Shown in pieces: positions 22,025 through 31,618 of a DNA stretch of 64,000 nt. Source of the DNA: a virus. The stretch lies in the IMG/VR virus record IMGVR_UViG_3300030419_003599, positions 44,651-108,650 of that record; one strand, given 5' to 3'. The position numbers were made by a program, and so were the translations under genes. The notes below the pieces were generated by a model. That model was given only the letters and a program-made list of their open reading frames with translations, did no database searches and was not told the DNA's origin. The stretch's first letter is position 1. Every line of letters starts with the position of its first letter.

Positions 22025-22632
22025 ATCCAACTCACCTCTATCTCCACTACTTCACCAGTATCTTTGGAGCGTGATTTAATGATGCCGTGCTCGCACCCAT
22101 GAGTCCATAATCGGTGCGACAACTGCGTGTCTTTGAGGCAGTATGATGCCACCTCGTTATATCTCCCCTGCTTCCACATAAGCGGGGCATCGTGACTAGA
22201 GCCACTTTTAGAATCCGCCAATGTATGGCGGGAGAGTGTGTTCAAATCATAATGGGGGATACCTGCTTTGCGGCAGAGTATGGCAGTGTCTATGAGGGAA
22301 TCCATTTTCCCCAATAAATCCCCTGCTGACCAGCAATCCAGTCCATCACGCAATACAGGGAGGTCAAAATTAACAATATTGTGACCTACTATGCGCCCCC
22401 CTTTTTCTATGTGAGCAATCAAATCATTCCCTAATACCTTGGGGTGGAGTTCTTTCACTATGGTCCCATCAGGTAAAGCGTTAGCATCAAGGGCTTTGTT
22501 ACAATAGATGGTGCCTTGCTCCCCATCCCAAGTAGCGACCACTGTCGGTTCAAACATAGCGGTTTTATTCCATCCACCCACTTCATGTGAGTAATTAGCA
22601 GTCTCTAAATCTAATGCAAGTATGTCGCTCAT
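22021..22632 (-). CDS. DEDD/RNase H-like 3'-5' exonuclease
   Basis: LALDLET (ExoI), GHNIVNFD (ExoII), YCLKD (ExoIII). Confidence 0.85.
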   Translation of the reverse strand: MSDILALDLETANYSHEVGGWNKTAMFEPTVVATWDGEQGTIYCNKALDANALPDGTIVKELHPKVLGNDLIAHIEKGGRIVGHNIVNFDLPVLRDGLDCWSAGDLLGKMDSLIDTAILCRKAGIPHYDLNTLSRHTLADSKSGSSHDAPLMWKQGRYNEVASYCLKDTQLSHRLWTHGCEHGIIKSRSKDTGEVVEIEVSWI

Positions 22633-24029
22633 TTTTCGTACTCCTCCCTTAATCTACAATATATGGATGGTCCTTCCCTGCTTGTTTGGAACAGATGTTC
22701 AGCACGCTTAAAGTGTGTAAAGCAGGAGTTGCTGGACAAGTTCCTCGCTCTGCCGTACAATTCCAGTACTTGACTTTTGCGTGCCCAACCTGTACCTCTT
22801 CTATCACCAAGGTCAAACTTTTCAACCTTCTTGAATGCTTCTTTCCAAGCAGCCTCTTTAGCACGGCGCTCACTAGCCTTGGCTCCTACCTCTACCTCTT
22901 CTTCTAACCAGAGTATGAGGTTTTGGAATAAGTCAAAGAGTATCTCTTCTGCCATTACGACATGGTCACCAGTAACAGTCCATGATTTTTCAACCATCGC
23001 TAGATGCGTGGCTAGTATGATTGTGTAGTTGAGTATGCCGGGTATAAAGGAGGCCACCACTTCTGCTAGTTTGGGGTCCATGCCTCTCACTAGTGTATAG
23101 TAATCATCTACAGCAGAGAGCATGGCCGCGTCAAAAGTTTCATCCTTAGAGAAAAGAGTCCGAGCACAACTTTGCACTATGTCCTCTTGTTCTGTTCTAC
23201 CCATTGCTTCCCACTCAGTCATAGATATATCCGAAAGAGAGAGGATGCGAGCAATAAGAGCCGTGCGCAAGTCCTTGAAATGCTGGGCTATTTTGTCATA
23301 ATCCATTGTGACTTGCCCCACATCACCCCACGGTAAGATTGCTCTTTCTTCGCTTAGATTTTGACGCAAATCCATGCCCCAAGTCCTCCAGAATAGGAGT
23401 ACTCTTTGGAAGATACCTTTGTGTAAAACATATTCTTTCACCCCATCAGGCGGATAAGTAGTTATCCAAAGTGATACCATTGACTCAATTTCAATCGGTT
23501 CGCCAACATTGTGCTTGCGCATAATGTTCTCTTCACTACCTATTGCGTTACACGCTGTCTGTAAGTAGAGTACTGTGTTTTGGCTAAACTTACCGGGCTT
23601 AAGGAGTAGGCTCCCTTCGTCAAAATTGAGAGCCTTTTGCCCGCCTAGCAGGCCGGGGCGCAGTACATTATCGTAGCCCCCATCCTCATTCTCCACCCGC
23701 TCCCATGAACCTATGAGACCTGCATCCGTCCCTTCTGTATAGACATCTGTGTCTAAGTCTAGTTCTTTCATCAATTTATTGATGACACCCCATGAAATGG
23801 ATTTACCTGACCGCGAACCTTGTATCCAAAACACATGGATGCGGGGGTCAAGGTGTATGTTATCCATAGGTATGCGCACATAGGGTGCAGCGAGTTGCCC
23901 CTGCACAAAGAAGAAAGAGAGCAAACCCGGTATGTCATTGTTCTTGGATACTCGCCTAAAGTGGTCAAGATAACCACGGACAACCGGGTATCGCTTGACC
24001 GCCTCATATTGTGTATAATGCTTGACCAT
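22629..24029 (-). CDS. AAA+ ATPase, probable divergent MCM-like replicative helicase
   Basis: Walker A GSRSGKS, T-DAGL motif, Walker B LNFDE, FQR arginine finger; replication context. Confidence 0.65.
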   Translation of the reverse strand: MVKHYTQYEAVKRYPVVRGYLDHFRRVSKNNDIPGLLSFFFVQGQLAAPYVRIPMDNIHLDPRIHVFWIQGSRSGKSISWGVINKLMKELDLDTDVYTEGTDAGLIGSWERVENEDGGYDNVLRPGLLGGQKALNFDEGSLLLKPGKFSQNTVLYLQTACNAIGSEENIMRKHNVGEPIEIESMVSLWITTYPPDGVKEYVLHKGIFQRVLLFWRTWGMDLRQNLSEERAILPWGDVGQVTMDYDKIAQHFKDLRTALIARILSLSDISMTEWEAMGRTEQEDIVQSCARTLFSKDETFDAAMLSAVDDYYTLVRGMDPKLAEVVASFIPGILNYTIILATHLAMVEKSWTVTGDHVVMAEEILFDLFQNLILWLEEEVEVGAKASERRAKEAAWKEAFKKVEKFDLGDRRGTGWARKSQVLELYGRARNLSSNSCFTHFKRAEHLFQTSREGPSIYCRLREEYEK

Positions 24030-24054
24030 ATTCTTCACCGTCTCTATCTTATTT

Positions 24055-24075
24055 ATTGCTGATGGTTCTTAAAGG
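24055..24075 (-). promoter_or_regulatory. Conserved viral promoter motif copy 1 (CCTTTAAGAACCATCAGCAAT)
   Basis: One of 12 near-identical copies; lies just upstream of the helicase-exonuclease-thermosome-TFB genes. Confidence 0.8.
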
Positions 24076-24105
24076 ATGTTGCCTCCACAGGGGGGCAGTA
24101 CATAA

Positions 24106-24822
24106 TCATGTCCCACGGGACTGTTTGCTACGCCTCTCTATATGCACTGGTTCTTCACTGGTCAACACGCTCAGTAACCGTTCGCGTAGAGTAGAGCCTA
24201 GTCCTCTCACTTCTTTGAGAGACTGTTGGTGAATCATCTCTTCAATGCTCCCACATTTGTCTAGCAACTTCTCTACTAAGTCAGGCCCGAATCCGGGTAT
24301 AGTGAGGAGCATATCTGCCCTCACATCATTCGTGGATACTCTCCTGAGAGCGCGGGCTCCATGCCTACGGGCACCCTTGTGGGATTTACTATGGAGTTTG
24401 ACAATGAATTGGGCAGCCTCGCCATGGGTAGGAGTGTAGAATACTTGGCAATCAAAATCAGCCATAATGCGCGCCAGTGTGCCAGTAAGTTCATTCTGTA
24501 TTTTAGAGTAGGTAGATTTGTACCCGTTGTGTTTCATCTGTGTAAGATGCTTGGCCACTGTACCATGTACAACAAGGAAGAACCTTTCGTAGTTAGCGTC
24601 CATGTTATCCAGTTGCCTCCATAAATGGCCACTATGACTAGACTGGAATAGGTCTCCGATGCTTTTCGCCTCAACACATATCTTATCTCCCAACAGATAA
24701 TCCCCTACAGGGAGATTTCTTCTAACGACTGATATGCCATTACGGTCAGCCCCTCGCTCAATCGCATTACATAGGGGACCCCTTTCATTGGTGTCAATCA
24801 CCAACGCTGGTAAGGATTTCAT
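24106..24822 (-). CDS. ERCC4/XPF-family structure-specific endonuclease with HhH motifs
   Basis: IDTNE, GDY, VEAKSIGDL motifs; C-terminal IPGFG and GLG helix-hairpin-helix. Confidence 0.88.
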   Translation of the reverse strand: MKSLPALVIDTNERGPLCNAIERGADRNGISVVRRNLPVGDYLLGDKICVEAKSIGDLFQSSHSGHLWRQLDNMDANYERFFLVVHGTVAKHLTQMKHNGYKSTYSKIQNELTGTLARIMADFDCQVFYTPTHGEAAQFIVKLHSKSHKGARRHGARALRRVSTNDVRADMLLTIPGFGPDLVEKLLDKCGSIEEMIHQQSLKEVRGLGSTLRERLLSVLTSEEPVHIERRSKQSRGT

Positions 24823-26045
24823 TGAGGTTCTCCCCCTTCCACCATCGGGAGAGAATGTGAAGAGGTAATAATAGCACTAGTAGCAACGCTAGGATTCCCA
24901 GATGGAGCAGGGCTAAGGCTAGTGTCATCGCCCATATCACCACCGCCCAAAGCCTCCGCATGAATCACCCCAGTGCCGTCATGGAATTGACACTTTCCCA
25001 AGCAATACCCTTTACCGAACAAAGTAGCACAAGTAGGATGGTCATCGTAAGTCTCGGCTATGTGTCTCACATGTTTGCGAGTAGTGTTCTCATCCCAGTC
25101 CGCCCACCCAAGGGTACTCATGTAGTCTATTACCTCCCCGACAGCCTTCTCTCGCTCTGATTCTGTTTGCGCTGAACGGGGGAAAAACATACGCAAACGG
25201 TGGAGTAAGAACTGCGCTAGATACACCCTTGGATAATGGTCAGGGTTCCCCTCTTGGCACGCTACTGCGTTAAGGCATGGTAATATTTTCACGCCATCCA
25301 TCTTGGCTGTGGCTATGTTCATTTTAGGGGAGTTCATTTTGAAGGGGGTTGGCGCTTGTTCTTTGACATTGAGAGTTGCCCCTTTCTCGCCGTAGTTGAA
25401 GTATCCTTTTCTTGGGCGAAGAGCGAGTTCCATGATATCCTCTTCCCCAAGACCCATCAATTCATGTGTTTTGAGGGGTATGCACCAAAGCCCTTTCTTG
25501 TCATTGTAAGAATTAGGAATGCGTATCATCCCTGCTGTATCAAAAGGTACGGCTGGGTCTGAACAAGTTAGACCCAATTCATTTTCCCATCCCGACAGCA
25601 ACCTACGGCCTGCTTCTTTCACACGCGAGACTTCTCTCCCGCTAGTCGGCATGTGCGCTTTGTCAAGCGTTACCCATACATGGAATCCTCCACCACTAAA
25701 CCAGACACCATGCTTAATGTCATTGTCAAGCAGGTATTGGTGTAGAGAGCGCACTTGCTGTAAGGGGATTCCCATGCCTACTTCTTTGCGAGAGCGGAAA
25801 TCCTTGCAGTCAAAGTCCATGACGAAGTGACGAATAACCGGTGTGTTGTAATCACATCTGTGGTGCTTGGGGGGACGGGTAGAACGATAGCCATAGACAG
25901 TCATATAGACATTGGCCAGCCCGTTCTTACCTCTCCAATATCTCTCTAACTCGCCAGTGTTTGAGACAAGCCGCCTGTATCCTTTGGCTCCAGAGGCTTG
26001 AATATCTAGGACTTCTCTAGGGAAATCCAAAGTCAGGAGTCCCAT
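24819..26045 (-). CDS. Archaeo-eukaryotic DNA primase, PriS catalytic domain fused to a PriL-like Fe-S domain
   Basis: DFD and SGGGFH AEP motifs, RIPNS; C-terminal LPC...H..R...TC..L...GYC..KC. Confidence 0.85.
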   Translation of the reverse strand: MGLLTLDFPREVLDIQASGAKGYRRLVSNTGELERYWRGKNGLANVYMTVYGYRSTRPPKHHRCDYNTPVIRHFVMDFDCKDFRSRKEVGMGIPLQQVRSLHQYLLDNDIKHGVWFSGGGFHVWVTLDKAHMPTSGREVSRVKEAGRRLLSGWENELGLTCSDPAVPFDTAGMIRIPNSYNDKKGLWCIPLKTHELMGLGEEDIMELALRPRKGYFNYGEKGATLNVKEQAPTPFKMNSPKMNIATAKMDGVKILPCLNAVACQEGNPDHYPRVYLAQFLLHRLRMFFPRSAQTESEREKAVGEVIDYMSTLGWADWDENTTRKHVRHIAETYDDHPTCATLFGKGYCLGKCQFHDGTGVIHAEALGGGDMGDDTSLSPAPSGNPSVATSAIITSSHSLPMVEGGEPQ

Positions 26046-26359
26046 TTACCTATCTCCTGCTTATTCATTTCATGGATATACATACATATTTCACCCATGG
26101 CATCCATCATTTCCTCTGGACTCTCTATAAGAATAGAATTGAGATAGATGGTAATTTCAGGTTCTCCTGTCTCCATCTTGGACATTGAGCCGGGTAACGA
26201 CTCAGGGAAGAACTCGTCAAGAGTAGTTTGGCGTGAGGTAAAAGCCTCCCATGTACCCTTTTGTCCCATAGGATTGAACTTGAGACTAATAGTACCGTAA
26301 TCTAACAATTCCTGTAGCAAGGCTTGGGCGACTACGCGCAAAGACTCAACCTTACTCAC
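26033..26359 (-). CDS. Hypothetical protein with PIP box (QTTLDEFF)
   Basis: GTG overlaps the upstream stop; canonical QxxLxxFF. Confidence 0.6.
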   Translation of the reverse strand: MSKVESLRVVAQALLQELLDYGTISLKFNPMGQKGTWEAFTSRQTTLDEFFPESLPGSMSKMETGEPEITIYLNSILIESPEEMMDAMGEICMYIHEMNKQEIGKWDS

Positions 26360-27297
26360 TCTATCACCTCGCCGCCGCTGGTCCACGCCGGACAATAAGC
26401 CATTTGGTCACAGAAGGAACACCTGAAAGCATCTGCTATCATCTTGAAATCCTTTTTGAGGTGCGCTCGCACCAAGTTCTCAAGCCTCTTCATCATGGCA
26501 TTCATGCTTGTTTTCTTACATTCCTCATAATTCCAATGGGGGCCATCCCCACCATTGATGCCACCCATAGGATATCTCCAACCGAAATGTGTGACGGGCG
26601 CATCTAACCCACGCTCGGCTAGCCACGCTTTACCTTCGGGGGTTTTCCTCTTCTCGTCCAACAAGAACTTGTAGACAGAGAGTTCAATTCGCATGGGTGA
26701 AGTCTTGTTACCTTTCCACTTACCGCTCTTCAATTCCATGAGGGCAAGTCCCCCCGCTTCGTCTTTGAAGATACGGTCTATGTAACCCCTAATTTCAATG
26801 GGCACTATCACGCCATCCACCTCTATTTCTGTGACAACATCTACCCATTGTTCGTTCCCCACAGGGAGGAAGTCTTCACCACGGGTAACTATGAGGCGTT
26901 CAAGTTCCCACTCTGCCAGTTGGCGGATGCCCTCTTCTTCACCGTGCATGTAAAGGTCGGTGCCTGCTGCTGTGTCTTCTTCGTGACGCTCCAGTTCTTC
27001 GGGTGGAGGGAAAGCCTTGACGGTCAATGCGAGAGCCTTGTGTTTTAAGCCCGCATCCACTGCCTCAAGGATACCATCCATGTGGTCAGGGAAGCGGTTG
27101 TAGAACTCTTCCAGTGCATTGTGGAGATTCACTCCACGAATGTGGTAGTCCTGTGTGTCAGAGGTAAGCCCTTGCATTTTCTCAAACTCATATTGCTTGG
27201 GGCACCAGTCAAAGGTGCCGAGAGCGGACTTAGTAATGCGCAGTATTTTCCCATCCTCTTGGTCAGGTGACCAGTTGTAAGTGGATATACTGCTCAT
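26356..27297 (-). CDS. PD-(D/E)xK nuclease, Cas4/AddB-like
   Basis: N-terminal WCP, RGYIDRI...MELKSG, C-terminal CSFC...YCP (four-Cys staple). Confidence 0.85.
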   Translation of the reverse strand: MSSISTYNWSPDQEDGKILRITKSALGTFDWCPKQYEFEKMQGLTSDTQDYHIRGVNLHNALEEFYNRFPDHMDGILEAVDAGLKHKALALTVKAFPPPEELERHEEDTAAGTDLYMHGEEEGIRQLAEWELERLIVTRGEDFLPVGNEQWVDVVTEIEVDGVIVPIEIRGYIDRIFKDEAGGLALMELKSGKWKGNKTSPMRIELSVYKFLLDEKRKTPEGKAWLAERGLDAPVTHFGWRYPMGGINGGDGPHWNYEECKKTSMNAMMKRLENLVRAHLKKDFKMIADAFRCSFCDQMAYCPAWTSGGEVIE

Positions 27298-27599
27298 TCG
27301 CCCACCTCATCAAGTAGGGCTTCAAGTTCTTGAATGACAAAGGACATATCGGAGTGTTCTTCTATCTCGTATCTCTCTTCCCAGAAATCCACAGCCTCAC
27401 GCAACTTCGCCTCAAGCGTCTGCTCTCGTGTGCGCAGCCGCTGGACATACACAATAGCGTCCATCAACTCATGTTGTAAATGCTCCAACCACTCATCGTG
27501 GCTAAGGTCGCCGCGCTCCATTGTGACACCGTATTTACCCAATCCTACCTTTGCCCTCTCCTGTATCTTTTCGCATACTTCATCTTCTACTTTACTCAT
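27294..27599 (-). CDS. All-alpha NTP pyrophosphohydrolase-like (MazG/dUTPase-fold) phage protein
   Basis: G..KYG..M.R.DL...EWL.H...ELMDAIVY pattern. Confidence 0.6.
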   Translation of the reverse strand: MSKVEDEVCEKIQERAKVGLGKYGVTMERGDLSHDEWLEHLQHELMDAIVYVQRLRTREQTLEAKLREAVDFWEERYEIEEHSDMSFVIQELEALLDEVGE

Positions 27600-27787
27600 T
27601 CATCATACCTCCAATTCTGTAACCCAGTCGTGCTACGCACTGGCTTAGGTGGAGTCACCTTGAGGAGCCTCTGCCCTCTATGATGGAGTAAATCGGGGAA
27701 GAACTCCAGAAGGGTAGTTTGGCGGGTCTTGATACCACCACATTCGCACAGGTGGTGCTCGCATTGTTTTTGCCACGGCCACTTCAT
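27596..27787 (-). CDS. Small protein with PIP box (QTTLLEFF) and Cys/His cluster
   Basis: ATGA-coupled on both sides; CEHHLCEC followed by QTTLLEFF. Confidence 0.55.
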   Translation of the reverse strand: MKWPWQKQCEHHLCECGGIKTRQTTLLEFFPDLLHHRGQRLLKVTPPKPVRSTTGLQNWRYDE

Positions 27788-28143
27788 TCCAAGCCCTCCG
27801 CTGTGAAATAGATAGTCTCGGGGTAATCAGAAAAGTAGAACAATGTGGCTGGGCATAACCACCCCACCATCTTTACTTCTCCAATGCTGGCGCTGTACCA
27901 AGAGCCCCCGTCATCCATTGCTATTGACTTCGCTACATGGGCATCAGGGAAAGGGGTGTGACTGAACAAGAGTCGTGCCTTCTCCCAATTAGAGTGCCCA
28001 TGCTTATCTCTCAAGGCTCCGTTGATTATCGCTGACGCTGTAGGGACGAACGGCTCCTTAACAAGGTCGTGCTCATCATCATCAAATACCCATAAACCCC
28101 CATGACGATAGGCTTCTATCAGTTGTATGCTGTTGTTAATCAT
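27784..28143 (-). CDS. DUF6717-like protein
   Basis: WVFDD...EPFV...GWLCPA..YF..YP..IY pattern. Confidence 0.65.
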   Translation of the reverse strand: MINNSIQLIEAYRHGGLWVFDDDEHDLVKEPFVPTASAIINGALRDKHGHSNWEKARLLFSHTPFPDAHVAKSIAMDDGGSWYSASIGEVKMVGWLCPATLFYFSDYPETIYFTAEGLE

Positions 28144-28409
28144 CCTTCATCTACCTCCTCAGTAGGCGCAACCTGTATCTCAAATGCGCAGCGAGGACAC
28201 CGTAAAATGCTAGGGTCTTCTGTCATGAGGGACTCAGGCTCTTCTTCAATTCTCAATTCTAAGCACATCTCTCGCTCCCATATCTCACACACTGTCTTAC
28301 GCTTAGCGTTGATAGAAGTGTTGAGAGAGCCTCCCCATTGTGTTGAGTCTTGCACAACATCTGGGTTTGAGCGGCTGTGCCACACTTTGTCGTTGGGATT
28401 TTCTGTCAT
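28140..28409 (-). CDS. Hypothetical protein (CPRC)
   Basis: First ORF after promoter copy 2; GGTGA RBS. Confidence 0.6.
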   Translation of the reverse strand: MTENPNDKVWHSRSNPDVVQDSTQWGGSLNTSINAKRKTVCEIWEREMCLELRIEEEPESLMTEDPSILRCPRCAFEIQVAPTEEVDEG

Positions 28410-28427
28410 TTTATCACCGTTCTTTTT

Positions 28428-28448
28428 ATTGTTAATGGTTCTTAAAGG
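28428..28448 (-). promoter_or_regulatory. Conserved promoter motif copy 2
   Basis: + strand attgttaatggttcttaaagg. Confidence 0.8.
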
Positions 28449-28457
28449 GATTTCTAA

Positions 28458-30857
28458 TCACCAGTACCTCTTAGGAGCAGGCTTTCCTACTGCCCGTTTA
28501 GAGTCCCAGCCCATGGCCTCTTCCATTACTGTGATTTTAGAGAGAATCAATTTATCCACCATCGTAGTCCAATCAAGGGTGTATCCCTCCAAGTCACTTT
28601 CATCCATATAGGCTACTACTTTAGATGGGGGCTTACCTTCTGGGACATCTGAAATATATACCCACGGAACGCTATCCCCTTGCTTGAACTTGTCACCCTT
28701 ACTGATATTTTGGTTGTAGTAAAAGGCGGCCTTGGCACCATTAGGCATGTGGGATGGGTTGTAGTCCTTCGGGTTCTTACCCAGCCTCGTCCATGAGGAT
28801 ACTGTATCTACACCGACCGACCCTTTGAGTAGAGAGGCTGCTAGAGGACGCACCGCTTCCACTATCTCGCTCTCCTCTTTGCCCTCACTGATGAGAGTAA
28901 AGATGAGGCTCTGCACCTCCTTGGATACAGGGGCAGCGTGGCTCGCTTTGTATTCATAACCGGCTACCTTCATCTGCCCAGCCTCCTCGGGCGGCCATGA
29001 CTTGATACCGAAGTAACGGTTCTTCTTAGCCACCGTCCAGTAAGGGAAGTACGCCTCTAGTTCTACTACCAACTCTCTTGAGTTCAATTCAGATTGCACC
29101 TTTTCTGTGAGATGCGCAGCGAGAGCAGGCGCTTCGTCTAAGGGAACTTGTATCATACTACTGTCAGTATGCCCATAGAGAGCGCGATAGCCCTGCTCCT
29201 CTGCTTCTTTGAGTAAGAAATGGATACTCTCACGGCCAACAGCAGTGATGCTACTGGCTATCTCTTGGGCTGCCCATCCGTATCCAGCGTGCGCAGTCAT
29301 ACCGTAGAGGCTGGCCATTACACGCTTGACTGCCTTCTGAAAAATATCCCACCCAGTCCTTTCCTCTTCGGTCTTGGCTGCTTTCATGTTGGCTTTGAGT
29401 TGGTCTCTTAGGGCGAACAGTTCTTCCACGATTTGAGGTAGCAGACCCTTCTCGCGCTGGTTCCACGCTGTCCCATTGGGGAGCACTAGGATGGAGCCTT
29501 CTTCTAGTTCCTTAGAGGTAGGCTCACCGGGATAGAATGTTTCGTAAGAGAGGTTGTTACCGAGAATTATAGATGGGTATAGACCCTTGTAATCCACTAC
29601 CCCTACCCCCTCGTAACGACCGGGGTCAGGTGGCGGGATGTATGCTCCCTTGACACTCCAACTATCCTTTCTGCGGGTTCGCGCTTTCCACTCCGTGCGC
29701 CTACCGATTAGGCCACGGAAGAACTTGGTTACATTGTGGGTGGATTCAAAACACACACCACACAATCGTTGGAGAGCGAGGAAGAAATCAAGGGCGTGTA
29801 GCCGCTTGTCAATATCGCGAAGGAGTATTGTGTCTTGCACACAGTAATCAACATAGTCCCAGAAGGATACATCAGGATTGCCGCCTTCCCATATTGTCCA
29901 GTCAGCAGCATTGACATCGTGCTTAGCGCCAATGCCTAGTTCTTGGGCGATGGTATTCAACTTACGGTTGGGGAGTTGTCCCCTCCCGCTGTCCATCCAT
30001 ACCCTCTCAAACCCACTACCCCTGTTACCACGGGCAGCGCTATCAAACACGATGCGCCCAAGGATGGGCTGGTCTGTATCGTCATAGTAGCCCTTGGTCT
30101 TAGGCGGTCTGCGCACCATACCGATAGGGCTGAGTCGGCGGAAATCCTCACCGAGTCTTCTAACTAGGTGGGGCACATCAAAGTAATTAGCGCCGTGCGC
30201 TACTAGGACATCAGGGTCGCATTCATCCATGAACTGTATGAACGCTTCAAGTACAGCACCTTCGCTGCCAAACAAGCGCATTTCATAGCCGCCTACCCTG
30301 TCAATGTTGAGGGTCTCCGCACTAGGGTGACCCCTTTCTTTGAGGTCTTCTTGTTCTCTGTTCCACGCAAACACCACAGGGTATCCAAGTACGGAGTCAT
30401 TCACACAGATGACTGTACAGAGTTCCTCTTTGGTACCTACATAGACAGCCTCAATATCAAAGTGCCATACCCGAGGAGTCCATTCAGGGAACTCTGGGAA
30501 TGTGTCAATGAGATAGCGGTCTGCGTAACGCATGTCTGCTTCGTAGGTACGAGAGAACTCATCGCGCATCCCTTTGATTTCGGATGGCTTGTGTGCTACA
30601 ATCTTGACCAGTTTAGTGTGACCGTATTGGGGGTCAGGTACAGATACAGAAGTCTCACCCCACTCCACCCTTGAGCCGGGGAAGCGAGATAGAACCTTGT
30701 CTATGAGAGGTCGTCGTGTGTCTGCTGGTATCCAGAAGTAGGGTTCAAACTCTTCGGGTGAGATATTCTGTTCAATGAGGTTACCTTCATCGTCGCGCCA
30801 GCGCGTGTAAAGCCATGCCCTCCCGTCATAGTCTGGATAGTACTGGTCAATTATCAC
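28458..30857 (-). CDS. polB: Family B DNA polymerase
   Basis: Exonuclease motifs FDIE, HGANYFD, YCVQD; polymerase motifs DYKGLYPS, KRVMASLYG, YGHTDS, KKNRY. Confidence 0.96.
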   Translation of the reverse strand: MIIDQYYPDYDGRAWLYTRWRDDEGNLIEQNISPEEFEPYFWIPADTRRPLIDKVLSRFPGSRVEWGETSVSVPDPQYGHTKLVKIVAHKPSEIKGMRDEFSRTYEADMRYADRYLIDTFPEFPEWTPRVWHFDIEAVYVGTKEELCTVICVNDSVLGYPVVFAWNREQEDLKERGHPSAETLNIDRVGGYEMRLFGSEGAVLEAFIQFMDECDPDVLVAHGANYFDVPHLVRRLGEDFRRLSPIGMVRRPPKTKGYYDDTDQPILGRIVFDSAARGNRGSGFERVWMDSGRGQLPNRKLNTIAQELGIGAKHDVNAADWTIWEGGNPDVSFWDYVDYCVQDTILLRDIDKRLHALDFFLALQRLCGVCFESTHNVTKFFRGLIGRRTEWKARTRRKDSWSVKGAYIPPPDPGRYEGVGVVDYKGLYPSIILGNNLSYETFYPGEPTSKELEEGSILVLPNGTAWNQREKGLLPQIVEELFALRDQLKANMKAAKTEEERTGWDIFQKAVKRVMASLYGMTAHAGYGWAAQEIASSITAVGRESIHFLLKEAEEQGYRALYGHTDSSMIQVPLDEAPALAAHLTEKVQSELNSRELVVELEAYFPYWTVAKKNRYFGIKSWPPEEAGQMKVAGYEYKASHAAPVSKEVQSLIFTLISEGKEESEIVEAVRPLAASLLKGSVGVDTVSSWTRLGKNPKDYNPSHMPNGAKAAFYYNQNISKGDKFKQGDSVPWVYISDVPEGKPPSKVVAYMDESDLEGYTLDWTTMVDKLILSKITVMEEAMGWDSKRAVGKPAPKRYW

Positions 30858-31618
30858 TCCCAGCCCTCCTCATAGTCACAATCAAAGACCACGAGGCAAG
30901 CACCTGTTCCCTCATGGAGGAGAATGATGGGGGCGTCCTCCCCCATGTATAGCGTGAGTTCACCAGCAGGTAAAGCCCGCAGGTTGATTGGGAAGTTTGC
31001 GCCGAACACAGAAGTCACTTTGTGTTCAGGACCTTTGACATTCCCTAATGGGACAGTCACAAACATGCGTCCCTTGCTCTTCTTACCTGCTTTCACGATA
31101 GCCTCGGATTGGCTCGGGTAGAAATCTACACTGTACAGGGGGTTCTCCCCTAGGACAGTATGGATAGAGATGACCTCTTGAGTGGAAGCAGAATTGAGAG
31201 AGGCTGAACATGACAAATCGCGCTCACCCCATTTGACCCAGTTGTCTGTAGAAGCAGCCGCTAGCAATTTCTCAATGGCTGCCACATGAGTATGGGAATC
31301 AATGCTCCCTTTACCGGGCAGGTGTATCTTGGCATTACCGCAAGTGAGGTAGAGCATCTTCCCCTCCCCCTCTTGATGGAGGGTCATTGTGTCTTCTTTA
31401 CCCGTCTTCAAGAAAGAGCGGACTGCATTGATATCGCTGATAGCGAATGACCCTGCTGACTCTATGTCGCAAGTAGTAGTGAGGCGGAGGTAGTGGGTAT
31501 AGTAACCCACAGAACCTATCAGTAAGCCACCTTCCTCTACGCTCTTGGCTCTTAATCGTATGTCGCCCACGGATGTACCGAAAGATGACAATAGTGTCAA
31601 GAGGTTCTTGCGGTTCAC
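30854..31618 (-). CDS. Probable DNA sliding clamp (PCNA-like)
   Basis: About 255 aa, coupled to polB, clamp-like C-terminus (LYMGEDAPIIL); RFC and PIP-box proteins nearby. True start may be ATA at 31633. Confidence 0.6.
   Translation of the reverse strand: MNRKNLLTLLSSFGTSVGDIRLRAKSVEEGGLLIGSVGYYTHYLRLTTTCDIESAGSFAISDINAVRSFLKTGKEDTMTLHQEGEGKMLYLTCGNAKIHLPGKGSIDSHTHVAAIEKLLAAASTDNWVKWGERDLSCSASLNSASTQEVISIHTVLGENPLYSVDFYPSQSEAIVKAGKKSKGRMFVTVPLGNVKGPEHKVTSVFGANFPINLRALPAGELTLYMGEDAPIILLHEGTGACLVVFDCDYEEGWE

Noticed and set aside
26356-27297. Cas4-like gene as evidence of a CRISPR-Cas system
   Set aside because: No cas1/cas2 or array in the window; stand-alone Cas4-like nucleases are common in archaeal virus replication modules.
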